This document shows positions 63,797 to 64,000 of a DNA stretch of 64,000 bases, one piece after another. The translations under genes were made by a program, and so were the position numbers. Position 1 is the first letter of the stretch. Each line of letters starts with the position of its first letter. Under the pieces are notes generated by a model that did no database searches, was not told the DNA's origin, and was given only the letters and a program-made list of their open reading frames with translations. The DNA comes from Leucoraja erinacea (lineage: Eukaryota): the NCBI RefSeq assembly GCF_028641065.1, contig NC_073384.1, forward strand, positions 13,392,001-13,456,000. The letters are read 5' to 3'.

Positions 63797-64000
63797 GCCT
63801 ATTTCCTTCGCTCCATAGATGCTGCTGCACCCGCTGAGTTTCTCCAGCTTTTCTGTGTAACATGCTAATGTTGGTGCCTGGTCCAGTATGAATCCCAAAT
63901 CTGTAAGTGTCAGTGTGCCTTCATGGTTGTGCTAGGATGTGTGGGTGTATATTAGGTGCGTACATGGACTCATGTATACAGATGTGTGGTGTACTCCTGT

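Larger units (their letters stand above)
61897..63859. mobile_element. Penelope-like retroelement: two 5'-truncated copies head-to-head (foldback)
   Basis: 61933-62860 is the reverse complement of 62930-63860; TSD ACATGCTAATGTTGGTG at 61880-61896 and 63860-63876; GIY-YIG endonuclease in both arms. Confidence 0.92.

Overview
Vertebrate genomic DNA, most likely a cartilaginous fish (inferred from dense HE1/V-SINE-like tRNA-derived SINEs and HER1/CR1-like LINE 3' ends). Genes reconstructed by hand from splice sites and homology recalled from memory: DTD1 first coding exon (-), complete two-exon SMIM26 (-, ~112 aa), complete TAF5L (-, 4 coding exons, 587 aa) and complete URB2 (+, 9 coding exons, 1522 aa). 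TAF5L and URB2 share a CpG-rich bidirectional promoter. The rest is repeats: CR1, L2, RTE, Tc1/mariner, a Harbinger-type MITE, Penelope-like elements (PLEs) and minisatellites. The most interesting signals are RNA-structural. (1) A 146-bp insertion with a 7-bp TSD (11943-12088, -) begins with a near-perfect 54-nt minimal HDV/CPEB3-like ribozyme fold, so it is a candidate ribozyme-headed SINE. (2) A TSD-flanked RTE 5'+3' bipartite element (60775-61125) has a leader sharing that ribozyme's core string. (3) About 20 PLE-derived short elements carry minimal hammerhead motifs, many as foldbacks, and a young ~2-kb head-to-head Penelope foldback has a 16-17-bp TSD (61897-63859). Ribozyme activity is inferred from manual folding only; repeat boundaries are approximate unless a TSD or TIR is cited.
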